A stretch of 44,082 nucleotides of DNA from an uncultured Chthoniobacteraceae bacterium (GTDB lineage Bacteria; Verrucomicrobiota; Verrucomicrobiia; Chthoniobacterales; CAKUMP01): contig CAYUDZ010000005.1 of the NCBI GenBank assembly GCA_964443575.1, positions 1 to 44,082 on the forward strand, in the 5' to 3' direction. Positions within the stretch are counted from its first letter, which is position 1, and each line of letters begins with the position of its first letter. The notes below the pieces were generated by a model, which worked only from the letters and a program-made list of their open reading frames with translations, had not been told where the DNA came from and ran no database searches. A program made the translations under genes and the position numbers. Positions 1-10,694 of this stretch are shown one piece after another.

Positions 1-30
1 AGATCATGAGGTTCAGTCTAAAGTGGCCGT

Positions 31-666
31 TTATGGTACCAGCCACGAGCCGTGCCATTGCTCACCATCCCATGAAAAACTTGCGCGGCGGTTGCCATCG
101 GCGCAGAGATACAGCCAATCCATTGCGGACACCTCTGTACTGACAACAGCAAAGTTCTCACGCCCGGCTTCACTTTCGGCGGTGGTTGGAGCCCGTGAGA
201 CGAGGGCATCGGGCAGCCACCCGGTTGGCTTATCGACCTTGCTGCCCGGCGATAGTTTGACCGTGTAGCAGCGGCGGGAACTGAGCTTCGAGGCCGCCCA
301 GCGTTGTATGGCATACTCATCGTCGCGAGCTACCAGGTGGACAGTGGCCGTTGCCAACGCCCGTATCTGGACTTTTTCACTTCGGTCGTAGAACAGCCAT
401 TCCAGTTTAGGACTGGCAGTCAATTCGTGCACTTTGTGCGAACGGGCATCGGTATGAAAAACCAGGCTGCGACCGAGCCGGTCCACATCGCGCAAAACAA
501 CCGTCCTCACCCGTGGCAGCGGGCTCCAAGAAGATCGTGCAGTCGTTGCCACCACCGGGGTGTGGCACTCGCACCTTGCATCGTCGCGCGCAGATTCCAG
601 CAAGCTCCAAATCGCCAGCTCTATTTTTGACAATGACTCCGACTCCCATGCCTGATGCAAATCCAT
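31..666 (-). CDS. Pyridoxamine 5'-phosphate oxidase-related FMN-binding split-barrel protein (Alr4036-like)
   Basis: Motifs PRVRTVVLR, FHTDARSHKV, LFYD..KVQIR, DWLYL...RRA.F...W....LVP. Start ATG 666 (alternative 675). Confidence 0.8.
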   Translation of the reverse strand: MDLHQAWESESLSKIELAIWSLLESARDDARCECHTPVVATTARSSWSPLPRVRTVVLRDVDRLGRSLVFHTDARSHKVHELTASPKLEWLFYDRSEKVQIRALATATVHLVARDDEYAIQRWAASKLSSRRCYTVKLSPGSKVDKPTGWLPDALVSRAPTTAESEAGRENFAVVSTEVSAMDWLYLCADGNRRASFSWDGEQWHGSWLVP

Positions 667-670
667 AGCC

Positions 671-712
671 AACATTCAACTCTCAACTACCAACATTCAA
701 CATTCAATTCCA
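671..712. repeat. Degenerate 7-bp tandem repeat, six units
   Basis: AACATTC AACTCTC AACTACC AACATTC AACATTC AATTCCA read directly. Confidence 0.8.
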
Positions 713-879
713 CCCATACTTGTCCTGCGTAGCTCGCAGAGTGCAGGGGGAAGCTGCAGGCCACAGAGTTATTGCCATCTACTTCAAAAAAGCGAAGCAG
801 TACCCCGCCCAGCTTTACACTTGGACGAGACAACGGAATCAGCATACCCTGCGCTGATGCGGAAAGGAGGCACAGCAGC

Positions 880-1800
880 ATGCTAGGGTTGATTGTACGG
901 CGCTTGATAGCGCTGGTCATAGTGCTTTTCTGTGTCGTCACTATCACCTTTTTGTTGATCCGGGTGGCCCCCGGTGGGCCATTTGATAGCGAGCGGAAAA
1001 TACCCGAACACATCGAAAAAGCCCTGCTGGCCAAGTATCAACACGACGGGCCGTTGCACGAGCAATACTTCGGCTACATCGGTGACCTGCTGCGAGGCGA
1101 TTTGCGGCTTTCGACAAAATATCGCAACCGCAGTGTTAACGAAATTCTGGCCCAGACATTACCGGTCTCGTTCTCCCTTGGTCTCTTTGCTTTTCTCCTG
1201 GCTATGGCCGGTGGGATTTTATTTGGAACGTTTGCTGCCATCCACCAAAACAAACCGCAGGATACCGGTGCCATGCTGGCCGCACTGCTGGCGATCTCAC
1301 TACCCAGTTTTGTCACCGGGCCGTTACTGATCCTGGTGTTTGCATTGTGGCTGGGCTGGTTACCGGTCGGCGGCTGGGGAACCCCCAGCCAACTGATCAT
1401 GCCGGTAATCGTGCTGGCGGCTCCCTACATGGCATACATTGCCCGATTGATGCGCTCGAGCATGCTGGATGTATTTCACCAGGACTTCATTCGTACCGCA
1501 CGAGCCAAGGGGGTCAGCGAAAGAAAAGTGATCTACCAGCATGCGATGAAAGTTGCCATCCTGCCGGTAGTTTCTTTTGCCGGACCATTGGCAGCCCACC
1601 TGCTGACCGGTTCGATCGTGATTGAAACAATCTTCAATATTCCGGGCGCCGGCGGCTTTTTTGTTAACTCGATCCTTAATCGGGACGGCTTCCTGCTAGG
1701 CGGTGTTGTCATCGTTTACTGCACACTATTGGTAACCATGAACCTGATCGTCGATCTCGTCTACGGGCTGCTGGACAAACGGATGCAAGTCGATGGATAA
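880..1800 (+). CDS. oppB: Oligopeptide/dipeptide ABC transporter permease (OppB/DppB type)
   Basis: APGGPFD motif, EAA loop FIRTARAKGVSER, GSIVIETIFNIPG. AGGAGG at 865-870 supports ATG 880 over 772. Confidence 0.9.
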   Translation: MLGLIVRRLIALVIVLFCVVTITFLLIRVAPGGPFDSERKIPEHIEKALLAKYQHDGPLHEQYFGYIGDLLRGDLRLSTKYRNRSVNEILAQTLPVSFSLGLFAFLLAMAGGILFGTFAAIHQNKPQDTGAMLAALLAISLPSFVTGPLLILVFALWLGWLPVGGWGTPSQLIMPVIVLAAPYMAYIARLMRSSMLDVFHQDFIRTARAKGVSERKVIYQHAMKVAILPVVSFAGPLAAHLLTGSIVIETIFNIPGAGGFFVNSILNRDGFLLGGVVIVYCTLLVTMNLIVDLVYGLLDKRMQVDG

Positions 1801-2716
1801 TTCCCCGACAGCTCCGGCCAGTAAGGGCACCAGCACAGGCCATGCTCTGCGTATTAGGATCTGCCTCGGGATTCTCAGCTTTTTTGCCATCTTTGCCGTG
1901 GCCGGCCCGCTATTACTCCCTGCCAGTCATGCGGAAGTAAGCGCCAGCCAGCTTCAGTCTCCCAGTTGGCAGCATCCCTTTGGTACCGATTTAAATGGCC
2001 GCGACATGCTGTACAGGGTAATGACGGGTGCGCGTATCTCATTACTGGTCGGACTGGCTGGTGCCCTGGTCAGCCTGTTTATCGGGACGGCCTATGGCAT
2101 GATCAGCGGATACCTTGGCGGCAAGGTGGATGCTATCATGATGCGCATCGTGGATATCTTCTATTCGATACCAAGATTGATCTTTGTGCTGGTACTGATC
2201 AACGCTTTTGATGCGCGGTTGACCAACTGGCTGTCTGATGGCCCGCTTGCCGGACTGACCGGATACTCACGAATTGTCATTTTGATTATCTCATTGGGCC
2301 TGATCGAATGGCTCACGATGGCACGCATCGTGCGTGGTCAGGTCTTGAGCTTGAAGAATTCACAATTTGTCACTGCCGCGCGAGCCCTCGGCCAAAGTCA
2401 TTGGAGAATCCTTACCCGTCATTTGCTGCCAAACATAGGCGGCATCATTGTAATCTACCTGACGTTGACCATACCGGCAGTCATCCTCGATGAATCATTT
2501 CTCAGCTTTCTCGGACTGGGTGTGCAAGCGCCCTATTCCAGCTGGGGCTCGCTGTTGAGCGATGCCACCGAAGTCATCAACCCGGTACAAAGTTACTGGT
2601 GGCTGCTTGCTTTCCCCGCGCTTGCCATGTCGATCTCACTGCTGGCGCTGAATTTTCTAGGTGACGGCTTGCGCGACATGCTGGATCCACGCCAAAACCA
2701 AAAAACCAAGAGCTAA
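1793..2716 (+). CDS. oppC: Oligopeptide/dipeptide ABC transporter permease (OppC/DppC type)
   Basis: HPFGTDLNGRD, GARISL, FVTAARALG, RHLLPN, LSFLGLG, NFLGDGLRD.LDP; overlaps oppB stop. Confidence 0.9.
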   Translation: MDNSPTAPASKGTSTGHALRIRICLGILSFFAIFAVAGPLLLPASHAEVSASQLQSPSWQHPFGTDLNGRDMLYRVMTGARISLLVGLAGALVSLFIGTAYGMISGYLGGKVDAIMMRIVDIFYSIPRLIFVLVLINAFDARLTNWLSDGPLAGLTGYSRIVILIISLGLIEWLTMARIVRGQVLSLKNSQFVTAARALGQSHWRILTRHLLPNIGGIIVIYLTLTIPAVILDESFLSFLGLGVQAPYSSWGSLLSDATEVINPVQSYWWLLAFPALAMSISLLALNFLGDGLRDMLDPRQNQKTKS

Positions 2717-2717
2717 G

Positions 2718-3950
2718 ATGGCAGCTCTCCCGGAAAAAGCTGCCCGCACTTACAGCCTGGACCGTCGCAAGGCAATGTTGATGGGCATTGTCGAGACCGC
2801 GATGCAGACATTTTTGCTGCTTATTGCGGTCAAAGCATTTTCCTCGGGAGCAACAATCAAGTCGCTATTGGTTATTGGCGGGCCGCTGGGCCTGGTCCTC
2901 AACCCATTGGGCATCATGCTGGTTCGTAAGCGCAACTGGACCCCGGCATTTGGAGCGTTCATTTTTCATTTACTTGCCTGTGCCGGTTTCCTTTTTGCCT
3001 CAATGGCTACTGCCCCGTGGGCATTTGTCGCCGGCAGCATGACCGGCGCAATCGGCCTCACCATGAGCATCCCGCTAATCACCCAAATTTATCAGAATAA
3101 TTACCCGAAGGATAAACGGGGGCAGCTCTTCTCCCGCACGGTGGTAGTGCGTATGCTGGCCGCCGCAGGTTTTTCCTGGTTGGGCGGCACTTTGCTACAG
3201 GAGTCGATCGATAATTACCGCTGGCTGATGCTAACCTTTGCCGTCGCATCGGCGATCGCCGGATTAATCGTGGCGAAGATGCCCAGCGTGCCACTAAGCA
3301 AAGTCACATCGTCGAATCCGTTTCATGGCTGGCGGCATGTGCGTGAGGATGCTGCCTTTCGCTGGTTGTTGATCAGCTGGATGCTCATGGGCATCGGCAA
3401 CCTGATGATGCTACCGCTGCGGGTGGATTTTGTCGCTAACCCGGATTTTGGTATCCAGTTGCCGGCCGAGCAGATCGCTATGCTCACCGGCGTGATACCG
3501 AGTGCCACCATGCTATTCCTGAGCCCGGTATGGGGGCCGATTTTCGACCGCTATAACTTCTACCTGCTGCGACTGTTGCTCAATATTGCCTTTATCGCAG
3601 CGATCATCAGCTACTTCGTCGTCCAGGGGTTCACTGGCTTTGTCGTCGGCTCACTATTCTTTGGAATCGCCATGTCGGGTGGTAATATTGCCTGGTCCTT
3701 ATGGGTCACTAAAATTGCCAAGCCGGATGATGTGACAGAGTATATGTCAGTTCATACTGCACTGGCAGGCATGCGGGGGGTCACTGCTCCGGCATTTGGA
3801 TTTTTTCTGGCAGGCATCATCCCGATCGAAATCCTGGCTTGGGCAAGCATCCTCCTGATAGCTGCCGGAACGGTGATCCTGGCTCCGGAAACACGGACGA
3901 TCCGCCGCCGCCGTCCCGGCGAACCAGTCGTCCCGCGCGACTGGGATTAG
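2718..3950 (+). CDS. MFS transporter
   Basis: About 12 hydrophobic segments in two halves, YPKDKRG and WGPIFDR loops; ATG 2718 just after the oppC stop. Confidence 0.8.
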   Translation: MAALPEKAARTYSLDRRKAMLMGIVETAMQTFLLLIAVKAFSSGATIKSLLVIGGPLGLVLNPLGIMLVRKRNWTPAFGAFIFHLLACAGFLFASMATAPWAFVAGSMTGAIGLTMSIPLITQIYQNNYPKDKRGQLFSRTVVVRMLAAAGFSWLGGTLLQESIDNYRWLMLTFAVASAIAGLIVAKMPSVPLSKVTSSNPFHGWRHVREDAAFRWLLISWMLMGIGNLMMLPLRVDFVANPDFGIQLPAEQIAMLTGVIPSATMLFLSPVWGPIFDRYNFYLLRLLLNIAFIAAIISYFVVQGFTGFVVGSLFFGIAMSGGNIAWSLWVTKIAKPDDVTEYMSVHTALAGMRGVTAPAFGFFLAGIIPIEILAWASILLIAAGTVILAPETRTIRRRRPGEPVVPRDWD

Positions 3951-4041
3951 CCCTAATAGAGCACAAATCCGTAACAAATTTTACCTTTGGTCTGTGCGTT
4001 GTGATCGTTTACTAGTTTTAGCCGATAGATCGGATTTTATA

Positions 4042-6882
4042 ATGACACAGGATAACGAAAATATTAGTAACCCCGACCTTCTAGCAACCGCAGCTTTGTC
4101 GCTGCCCGATGATTTAAAGTCTTACCCGTGCACCATTTTCTTAAAATACAAAGGTGTGATCCTTGCAGTAGGTCATGCTAAAGCGGGGCACCCGGATGGT
4201 TCAGAGGTGGAGTTGCTGCCTGCGTTTGAAGACGCCTGTCTGCCACACGCATCCTGTGAGCTTTGGGCTGTCTGTCATAGCTCAGACTCTCGAGGTCCTT
4301 ATGCTGCCTTCGGTGATTACTATCATATCGAGCAAGCACTTACCGCAACCAGACTACCAAAGCTGTATTTACCGGCATCGGTCAGCTGGTACCAACGGGA
4401 ACTATCAGATGAATCCAACTTGCTAACCATCCACTATCTTAATTACTCGGGTAATTATGACAATGTGGGGCTTTGGACCTGGGATGCCTACCAGCAGCGT
4501 ATGCCTCGCCATCTTGAGGTATTTCCTTCGGGGAGCGGTGAATTCGGCCTGGTGTTCCAGATTGATACTGCCAAATATGGCATCCCTTCTAACCCATTGC
4601 GTATTGGTATCGCCCCGAGGTTACGCGGCGATTGGAAGCATAAAGATGGCGAGGACCGCTTCTGGACACCAGCCATGGGAAACACTGTCTATTTGCTCGC
4701 GGGACATAGCGAAATCTATTGTGAAAAACCATTGACCGGTCCGCACCTGACGGACGCTCATATTGACACAGCCAACATAATCCATCTCGACCTCTCACAC
4801 CCTATCACCGCAGGGGAGGTAAACCCGAAGCTTTTCCAGCTGAAACAGGATAACGATATATTAATCGGAATTGCTGAAGCCAAGCTTCTATTTGCCGATG
4901 ATAACTTGAACTCAACCGTGATTGAGTTGGTAACTGAAACTGTATTGGACATTGAGTACAGTGGGTACGAAATTACCATGGAGGGATACGGCTCCTACAT
5001 TCCTGCAGTGCCAAGGGCTATCCTCGAAGATCCCGACTACTTTCTCGATCCAGAGGCTAAGTTAGGTGCCCAAGTGGACGAGCGGGAAACCACGTTTCGG
5101 GTCTTTGCTCCGACAGCTAGTTCCGTGCAAGTAATCCTATATGATAGTCCACAGGGTGACAGTGGTCGCAGTGAGCTGCCCATGCAACGTTCCGGTAAAG
5201 GAATTTGGGCGGCAAACTACCCGGAAAACCTGGAAGGTAAGTTCTACAATTATCTAATTGGCGGTTGCGGGTTTTCACAGCGCGGAGAAACGACTGATAT
5301 CTACGCTGTCAACGCGGTCGATAGTTCGCGCCGCGCCCGAATCACCAGAGCAGCTCCACAGTTAGGCAAAATCGCACTTAATACCTCCGGTACGCCTGAG
5401 GAAGCATCGCCAGTCGACGCCATTATCTGGGAAATCCATGTGCGTGATTTCTCGATCAGTGACAACTCGGGTATGCAAAACCGCGGTAATTATCTGGCTT
5501 TTACGGAAGACAATACTCATCTGCCCGGCGCCCCGGACATTCGAACCGGAATCGAACACATCGTAGAACTTGGGGTCACCCATGTTCAAATTCTGCCAGT
5601 CCATGATTATGAAGGTGACGAGCTGAATTACCGTTATAACTGGGGTTACATGACCAATCTGTTCAATACGCCGGAGGGGGCTTACGCCAGCAATCCCCTG
5701 GATGAGTCACGGGTGGTTGAATTAAAGGCAATGATAAATGCGCTGCACCAGCATGGCATCGGCGTCATTCTGGATGTTGTCTATAACCATACCGGTACTG
5801 CGGCACCTTTCAATTTGCACGTACCGAAATACTACTACCGACATAATCCAGATGGCAGTTACTCCAATGGCTCCGGCACCGGCAATGAATTTCGCTCAGA
5901 AGCGCCAATGGGCCGTAAATACATAATCGATACCTTGCTGCACTGGGTTGAAGAGTACGATGTGGACGGTTTCCGCTTCGACCTGATGGCCTTGATTGAC
6001 ATCGAAACCATGAAGCAGGCTGAAAGCAAGCTGCGCCAATTGAAGCCAAACATTATCCTCTACGGGGAACCATGGCAGGCTGACAGCTCACCGCTGCAAA
6101 CACCAACTGACAAGCATTCCATTGCCGATACCGGGATTGGGGCATTCAATGATGATTTCCGCAACGCGGTCAAGGGTGACCCCAGTGGTGATGGCCCGGG
6201 CTATATACAAAATGGTTCACACCGCTTCAACGTAGAGCACACCATGGCTGCCAGCCGCCAGTATTGGGCTGCCAGTCCGGCACATACTATCAATTACATG
6301 ACCTGCCACGATAACCTGACTCTCTACGATAAGCTGAAACTATCGTGCCCCGATGCCGATGCCGGGCAAATCGAGGCGATGGCACGCATAGGCTTCTTCA
6401 TCCTCCTGACGGCGCAAGGAGTTCCTTTTATTCATGCCGGCAGTGAGTTCCTCCGAACTAAATACGGCGACCATAACAGCTATCAATCGCCTGACTCAAT
6501 CAACCAAATTGACTGGTCACTGAAACAAAAAAACATCGAACTTTTTAACTATGTGCAAAAATTAATTGCAATCCGCAAAGCCCATCCGCTGTTTCGCTTG
6601 CGTACTGCCTCGGAGGTCGAAGCGCGGGTGCACTTCCATTTCACCCCCTCCGGTGACAGTATTATTTGCACGGTTGATGGCAGCGATTTAGAGGGCGAAA
6701 AATGGCTTGGTGTCGCACTGTTAATCAATGCCAGCGATACCGATCATCATAAGCTTACTTTGCCTGAGGGCAACTGGAGCGTGGTTCTGGATCCACTTGG
6801 CGATGAAACCAACGAGTCGGCGCATTCCGCTATCAATGTGCCACCAAAATCTGCTATCATGTTACGCCTCAACCCAGATTAA
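4042..6882 (+). CDS. pulA: Type I pullulanase (GH13) with CBM41-like and CBM48 domains
   Basis: YNWGY signature, DVVYNH, GFRFDLM, YGEPW, CHDN catalytic regions; TFRVFAPTA (CBM48); IHY...Y...GLWTW (CBM41-like). No signal peptide seen. Confidence 0.9.
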   Translation: MTQDNENISNPDLLATAALSLPDDLKSYPCTIFLKYKGVILAVGHAKAGHPDGSEVELLPAFEDACLPHASCELWAVCHSSDSRGPYAAFGDYYHIEQALTATRLPKLYLPASVSWYQRELSDESNLLTIHYLNYSGNYDNVGLWTWDAYQQRMPRHLEVFPSGSGEFGLVFQIDTAKYGIPSNPLRIGIAPRLRGDWKHKDGEDRFWTPAMGNTVYLLAGHSEIYCEKPLTGPHLTDAHIDTANIIHLDLSHPITAGEVNPKLFQLKQDNDILIGIAEAKLLFADDNLNSTVIELVTETVLDIEYSGYEITMEGYGSYIPAVPRAILEDPDYFLDPEAKLGAQVDERETTFRVFAPTASSVQVILYDSPQGDSGRSELPMQRSGKGIWAANYPENLEGKFYNYLIGGCGFSQRGETTDIYAVNAVDSSRRARITRAAPQLGKIALNTSGTPEEASPVDAIIWEIHVRDFSISDNSGMQNRGNYLAFTEDNTHLPGAPDIRTGIEHIVELGVTHVQILPVHDYEGDELNYRYNWGYMTNLFNTPEGAYASNPLDESRVVELKAMINALHQHGIGVILDVVYNHTGTAAPFNLHVPKYYYRHNPDGSYSNGSGTGNEFRSEAPMGRKYIIDTLLHWVEEYDVDGFRFDLMALIDIETMKQAESKLRQLKPNIILYGEPWQADSSPLQTPTDKHSIADTGIGAFNDDFRNAVKGDPSGDGPGYIQNGSHRFNVEHTMAASRQYWAASPAHTINYMTCHDNLTLYDKLKLSCPDADAGQIEAMARIGFFILLTAQGVPFIHAGSEFLRTKYGDHNSYQSPDSINQIDWSLKQKNIELFNYVQKLIAIRKAHPLFRLRTASEVEARVHFHFTPSGDSIICTVDGSDLEGEKWLGVALLINASDTDHHKLTLPEGNWSVVLDPLGDETNESAHSAINVPPKSAIMLRLNPD

Positions 6883-7547
6883 TGAGAAAAGTTCAGAAAA
6901 ATGATCAAGTTGATGTTGCCGCCATGCGCCGCGATTATACCGAACGTGGATTGACCCGCGAAGACTTGGAGAGTGACCCGATCGAACAATTCCGGCTCTG
7001 GTTTCAACAAGCCATCGATGCCGATTTGCTTGAACCTAATGCGATGAGCCTGGCGACCTGTGGCGCAGACGGACAACCCGGCTTACGCACAGTGCTGCTC
7101 AAGGCATTTGATCAACGTGGCTTCGTTTTTTTCAGCAATTACAATAGCCGTAAAGCCCGGCAAATTGACGAAAACCCCAAGGCAACTTTGCTATTCCCCT
7201 GGCTGCAATTGGAACGACAACTCATCATTAGTGGCAGTATCGAAAAAATATCGTCTGCAGAGTCGCTGGCGTATTTTGTCAGTCGACCGTTTGGCAACAA
7301 AGTGGGCGCTTGGGTCTCCATGCAGAGCAAGGTGATTCCGTCGCGCAAATTCCTTGAAAAAAAATTCGAGGAAATGAAACAGAAATTTGCATCAGGAGAA
7401 GTGCCGCTGCCGGATTATTGGGGTGGCTACCGGGTCGTACCGGAAACGCTGGAATTCTGGCAAGGGTCCGCCAGTCGGCTGCATGACCGCTTCCTTTATA
7501 CTCGACAAGAGGAAGGTACTTGGTGCATTGAGCGTTTATCTCCGTAA
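6882..7547 (+). CDS. pdxH: Pyridoxamine 5'-phosphate oxidase
   Basis: [45 protein letters not shown]. Confidence 0.95.
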   Translation: MRKVQKNDQVDVAAMRRDYTERGLTREDLESDPIEQFRLWFQQAIDADLLEPNAMSLATCGADGQPGLRTVLLKAFDQRGFVFFSNYNSRKARQIDENPKATLLFPWLQLERQLIISGSIEKISSAESLAYFVSRPFGNKVGAWVSMQSKVIPSRKFLEKKFEEMKQKFASGEVPLPDYWGGYRVVPETLEFWQGSASRLHDRFLYTRQEEGTWCIERLSP

Positions 7548-7574
7548 GGATAGAATAAAAAGCCTCTTCAAATT

Positions 7575-8369
7575 ATGGTTCAAAATAAGAGACTCAGAAG
7601 GCAGGACAACAAGGTGATGCACAGGCGTTTGTACGTATGGTTGATCGTAGGCAACATTCTGGTCATCGCATGTGTCGTGGCTTATCTTTTCTTACGCGAC
7701 AGCCCATCCTCAGGCTACCGGGAGATCTTATCTAATTTAAAAACAAGCACAGCAACGCCTGAGCCGATCCAGAAGCTGGAATTGCTTACCCCGGATAAAA
7801 TTCTGGATGAGGCTGAAAAACGCATCAATGGTGCAGACTTCAGCGCCGCGGCAAGTCTGGCCGATAAGGCACTGGAACAAACTTTACGTGACAGTCAAAA
7901 AGTACGCGCCTTATTCCTGAAAGCACAGAGCATGGCCGGACGCCGCGAATACAACGAAGCGATCGCATTAAGCCTGCAGGCATTGGATATCGATAGCAAC
8001 TCGGCCAATCTATACATCCTGATATCTGATTGTTTGCGACGGACAGACTATCACCAGCCGGCCATCAGTTTTCTGGAACTGGCTAGAGAGCGAACTGGCA
8101 ATTCAAAAATCATCGAGCTGAAATTGATGCTAGCTCAGATCCAAAGTGGCCAACGCGAGAAGGTGGCCGAGAAGCTGCGCCAAGCCATAGAAAATGACAG
8201 CTTACCGTCTCACCTGGCATACGCCCATGTAGTGAATTTATATCTTACCGGCAATCTTGAGCAAGCTAACCTGATCATGGACAATATTAAGCTCAATTTA
8301 CCGCAAGAAGCGGTCGCTCTCATGCTAAATGATCCGGTGACGCCAAGCGGATGGAAAAAGCCTCTATGA
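7575..8369 (+). CDS. Membrane-anchored tetratricopeptide-repeat protein
   Basis: N-terminal TM (VWLIVGNILVIACVVAYLFL), then TPR-like helices (YNEAIALSLQALDID, AISFLELA). Start may be 7617. Confidence 0.65.
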   Translation: MVQNKRLRRQDNKVMHRRLYVWLIVGNILVIACVVAYLFLRDSPSSGYREILSNLKTSTATPEPIQKLELLTPDKILDEAEKRINGADFSAAASLADKALEQTLRDSQKVRALFLKAQSMAGRREYNEAIALSLQALDIDSNSANLYILISDCLRRTDYHQPAISFLELARERTGNSKIIELKLMLAQIQSGQREKVAEKLRQAIENDSLPSHLAYAHVVNLYLTGNLEQANLIMDNIKLNLPQEAVALMLNDPVTPSGWKKPL

Positions 8370-8384
8370 GTTGCCTTCCGTAAG

Positions 8385-9374
8385 TCAATCCGACTCATAT
8401 CCCGGCAGTCCTTCACGAATCTCTGCAGAAAAATTAGCTTCAGCTTGTTGTGCGCGCGAGTTAATCAGGCTGCTTTCACGCAACTGCTGAAATGGCAACC
8501 CTGCGTCAACTATTGCACCACGCTCCCAAGCCAACTCATCCAATAAACCGTTGGCCAATATCCTAATATCCCATCTCTTGCGTTTTTCGAGCGGACGCTG
8601 AGCCCGCAGGCTGGTGGTGCAATTTGCACTGATAACATTGTAAAACATCGGATTATGTCGCAAATAATTTTGTGCAGTGATCGTTTCCAGCAAGAACTCT
8701 CTGGCTTGCTCAGATGTGGCTTGCAGGCGGTAAAGGTAAACCGGTTCCTGACGAATGTTGGTACGTAGCCGGATTAAGTCGCTTTCATCACCGAATATGT
8801 ACTGCAGCTCATACGCCTTGTAAAAGCCACCGAGAAATGAAAATCCTTCATGCTTCTCACAGCGCGTCTCAATAGTGAGCGCCAAATGCCCGGCTTCACC
8901 AAAGTCAAAACTCATAATCGGATGGGCCAAAAAGTTCCCCATGAACGCGTTATGAAAGTAATCCACACCTCGCAGACTGCGTATCGGTAGCTTGCGAGTT
9001 TCCCAGCTCTCGATCACTTCACCACCACCAGGATATGAGAAATTACGTACGTTATGGAATACAAAGTATTCTCCACTGATTTCTACCCAGCCGGTGCGCG
9101 CATACTCCGGTGCCCACTGCTTATCGTTAGATGGTGTAATTAACAACCAAGCCAGCATGACACCTGACAGCAATATAAGCAGGCCGACTGAACGCCATCG
9201 ACGAACTCTTTTCCAAAAAATTACAACTACCAGTGCCGCGAGCCAGCAACATGCCAACAGCAAATTATTACCGCCAAATCCTCTAAAGGGACCATCGTAA
9301 TAAATAGCTCCAAATGACCAGGCAGCCAGCAATGGTAATAAACACCAGAGCAATACTTTACCAATCCGTTTCAT
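8385..9374 (-). CDS. DUF4105 / Lnb N-terminal-domain membrane protein
   Basis: Three N-terminal TMs, HNVRNF.Y, AHPIMSFDF, E.DLIRLRTN.R, FYN....NCTT (His/Cys pair). Confidence 0.8.
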   Translation of the reverse strand: MKRIGKVLLWCLLPLLAAWSFGAIYYDGPFRGFGGNNLLLACCWLAALVVVIFWKRVRRWRSVGLLILLSGVMLAWLLITPSNDKQWAPEYARTGWVEISGEYFVFHNVRNFSYPGGGEVIESWETRKLPIRSLRGVDYFHNAFMGNFLAHPIMSFDFGEAGHLALTIETRCEKHEGFSFLGGFYKAYELQYIFGDESDLIRLRTNIRQEPVYLYRLQATSEQAREFLLETITAQNYLRHNPMFYNVISANCTTSLRAQRPLEKRKRWDIRILANGLLDELAWERGAIVDAGLPFQQLRESSLINSRAQQAEANFSAEIREGLPGYESD

Positions 9375-9391
9375 TTCCCTCTCCAAACACT

Positions 9392-10663
9392 CTAGCCTGT
9401 ACGCTCCAGTAGCGCAGCAAAAGCACCATCATACCCACTCGTCCATGGGTATATCTTCTGCGAATCTATCAGAGTTAACTCCTGGTGACGTTTCGTTAGT
9501 TGTTCGATAACCCCTGAATTTTCTTCATCTTCAATACTACAAGTCGAATAGACCAAAACACCGCCCGGTTTAAGGTGATTGAGTACCGATTCAAGTAGCG
9601 CCAACTGGATACGCGGCATTCGCTCCACATCCGCTTGCTTCAGGCGCCAGCGCGCATCGACCCGACGCCGCAGGACACCAGTATTGGTACAAGGCGCATC
9701 GACCAGTATCCTGTCAAATTTCTTTTCACCGAGTAGAGCTTTAGCCTGCGCTGTCGCCTGATTGGGTTGCAGCCAGTCATGTAAAGTAAATTGGACATTC
9801 TCCACGTTCATTCGGGACATATTCGTTCCCAGTTGCTGTAGCCGCAGCGGATCGGAATCCGCTGCCACCAGTTGTCCCGTACCGTCCATCATCTCTGCCA
9901 ACAGAGAGGTCTTGCCGCCAGGAGCAGCACAGGCATCTAGGATTCTTTCACCAGGCAAAGGAGCCAGCAAACGGCAGGCATACACAGTACTTGGGTCCTG
10001 CATATAGCAATCTCCTGCAGCCAGCCAATCGGTCGGTAATTCGTCAACCAATCGCATCTCGGGGTATCCCGGAATCTGTTGAGCCTTGCCCGATGCATCA
10101 ATTCGCTCTGCTGCCGCAGTCAGCCGATTAACCCGGATAGTCATTGCCGGAGGCTCATTGTTAGCACGCAGCATCTGCTCTACCTTGGCTTGTGGAAAAT
10201 TTTTCAGCCAGCGCTGCACCAGGAAGTCGGGATGTGAGTAGCGGGCTGCCAAAGATTGTTCGGCAAGGTGATCTTGCAGTTGCTTTTGCTCACGCAGCAG
10301 CCTGCGCAACACGGCATTTACCAAAGATCGCGCCCGTCCCGCTAGAGAAACCGATTCATTGACGGCGGCATGATCTGCCACTCTCATAAATAATATCTGG
10401 TAAATACCAAGACGCAGAATGTTCTTCGTCTTGCTATCCAGTGTTTGGGTGGCCAACTGACCAATCATGAAATCCAATTCATGCAGGTGGCGCAATACCC
10501 CGTAACTAAGCTCCTGCACAAAATGACGATCACGTGCCGCTAAATCACTGGCCCCTTCCAGTACCTCCCTGAAGATCGCATCGACAAAATCAGCTGAACG
10601 GGACCAGCGTTCCAGAATTTCCAGAGCTAGTAATCGGCTATTGCCTATTTTGTTATTAACCAA
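9392..10663 (-). CDS. rsmB: 16S rRNA m5C967 methyltransferase RsmB/Sun
   Basis: NusB-like N-domain (ELSYGVLR, LRLGIYQ), LDACAAPGGKT, DAPC, VYSTCS. Confidence 0.93.
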   Translation of the reverse strand: MVNNKIGNSRLLALEILERWSRSADFVDAIFREVLEGASDLAARDRHFVQELSYGVLRHLHELDFMIGQLATQTLDSKTKNILRLGIYQILFMRVADHAAVNESVSLAGRARSLVNAVLRRLLREQKQLQDHLAEQSLAARYSHPDFLVQRWLKNFPQAKVEQMLRANNEPPAMTIRVNRLTAAAERIDASGKAQQIPGYPEMRLVDELPTDWLAAGDCYMQDPSTVYACRLLAPLPGERILDACAAPGGKTSLLAEMMDGTGQLVAADSDPLRLQQLGTNMSRMNVENVQFTLHDWLQPNQATAQAKALLGEKKFDRILVDAPCTNTGVLRRRVDARWRLKQADVERMPRIQLALLESVLNHLKPGGVLVYSTCSIEDEENSGVIEQLTKRHQELTLIDSQKIYPWTSGYDGAFAALLERTG

Positions 10664-10694
10664 ATTGCAGAATTTTGCCGAATGCCCTTGGCAG

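Noticed and set aside
1-7. Possible minus-strand ATG of a gene leaving the left edge
   Set aside because: Only two codons are visible; cannot be supported.
772-879. N-terminal extensions from the ORF track (also 2661, 3994, 14456, 18886, 22406, 23070, 28961, 33849, 42072)
   Set aside because: Downstream ATGs fit family N-termini, signal peptides, SD or promoter positions better.
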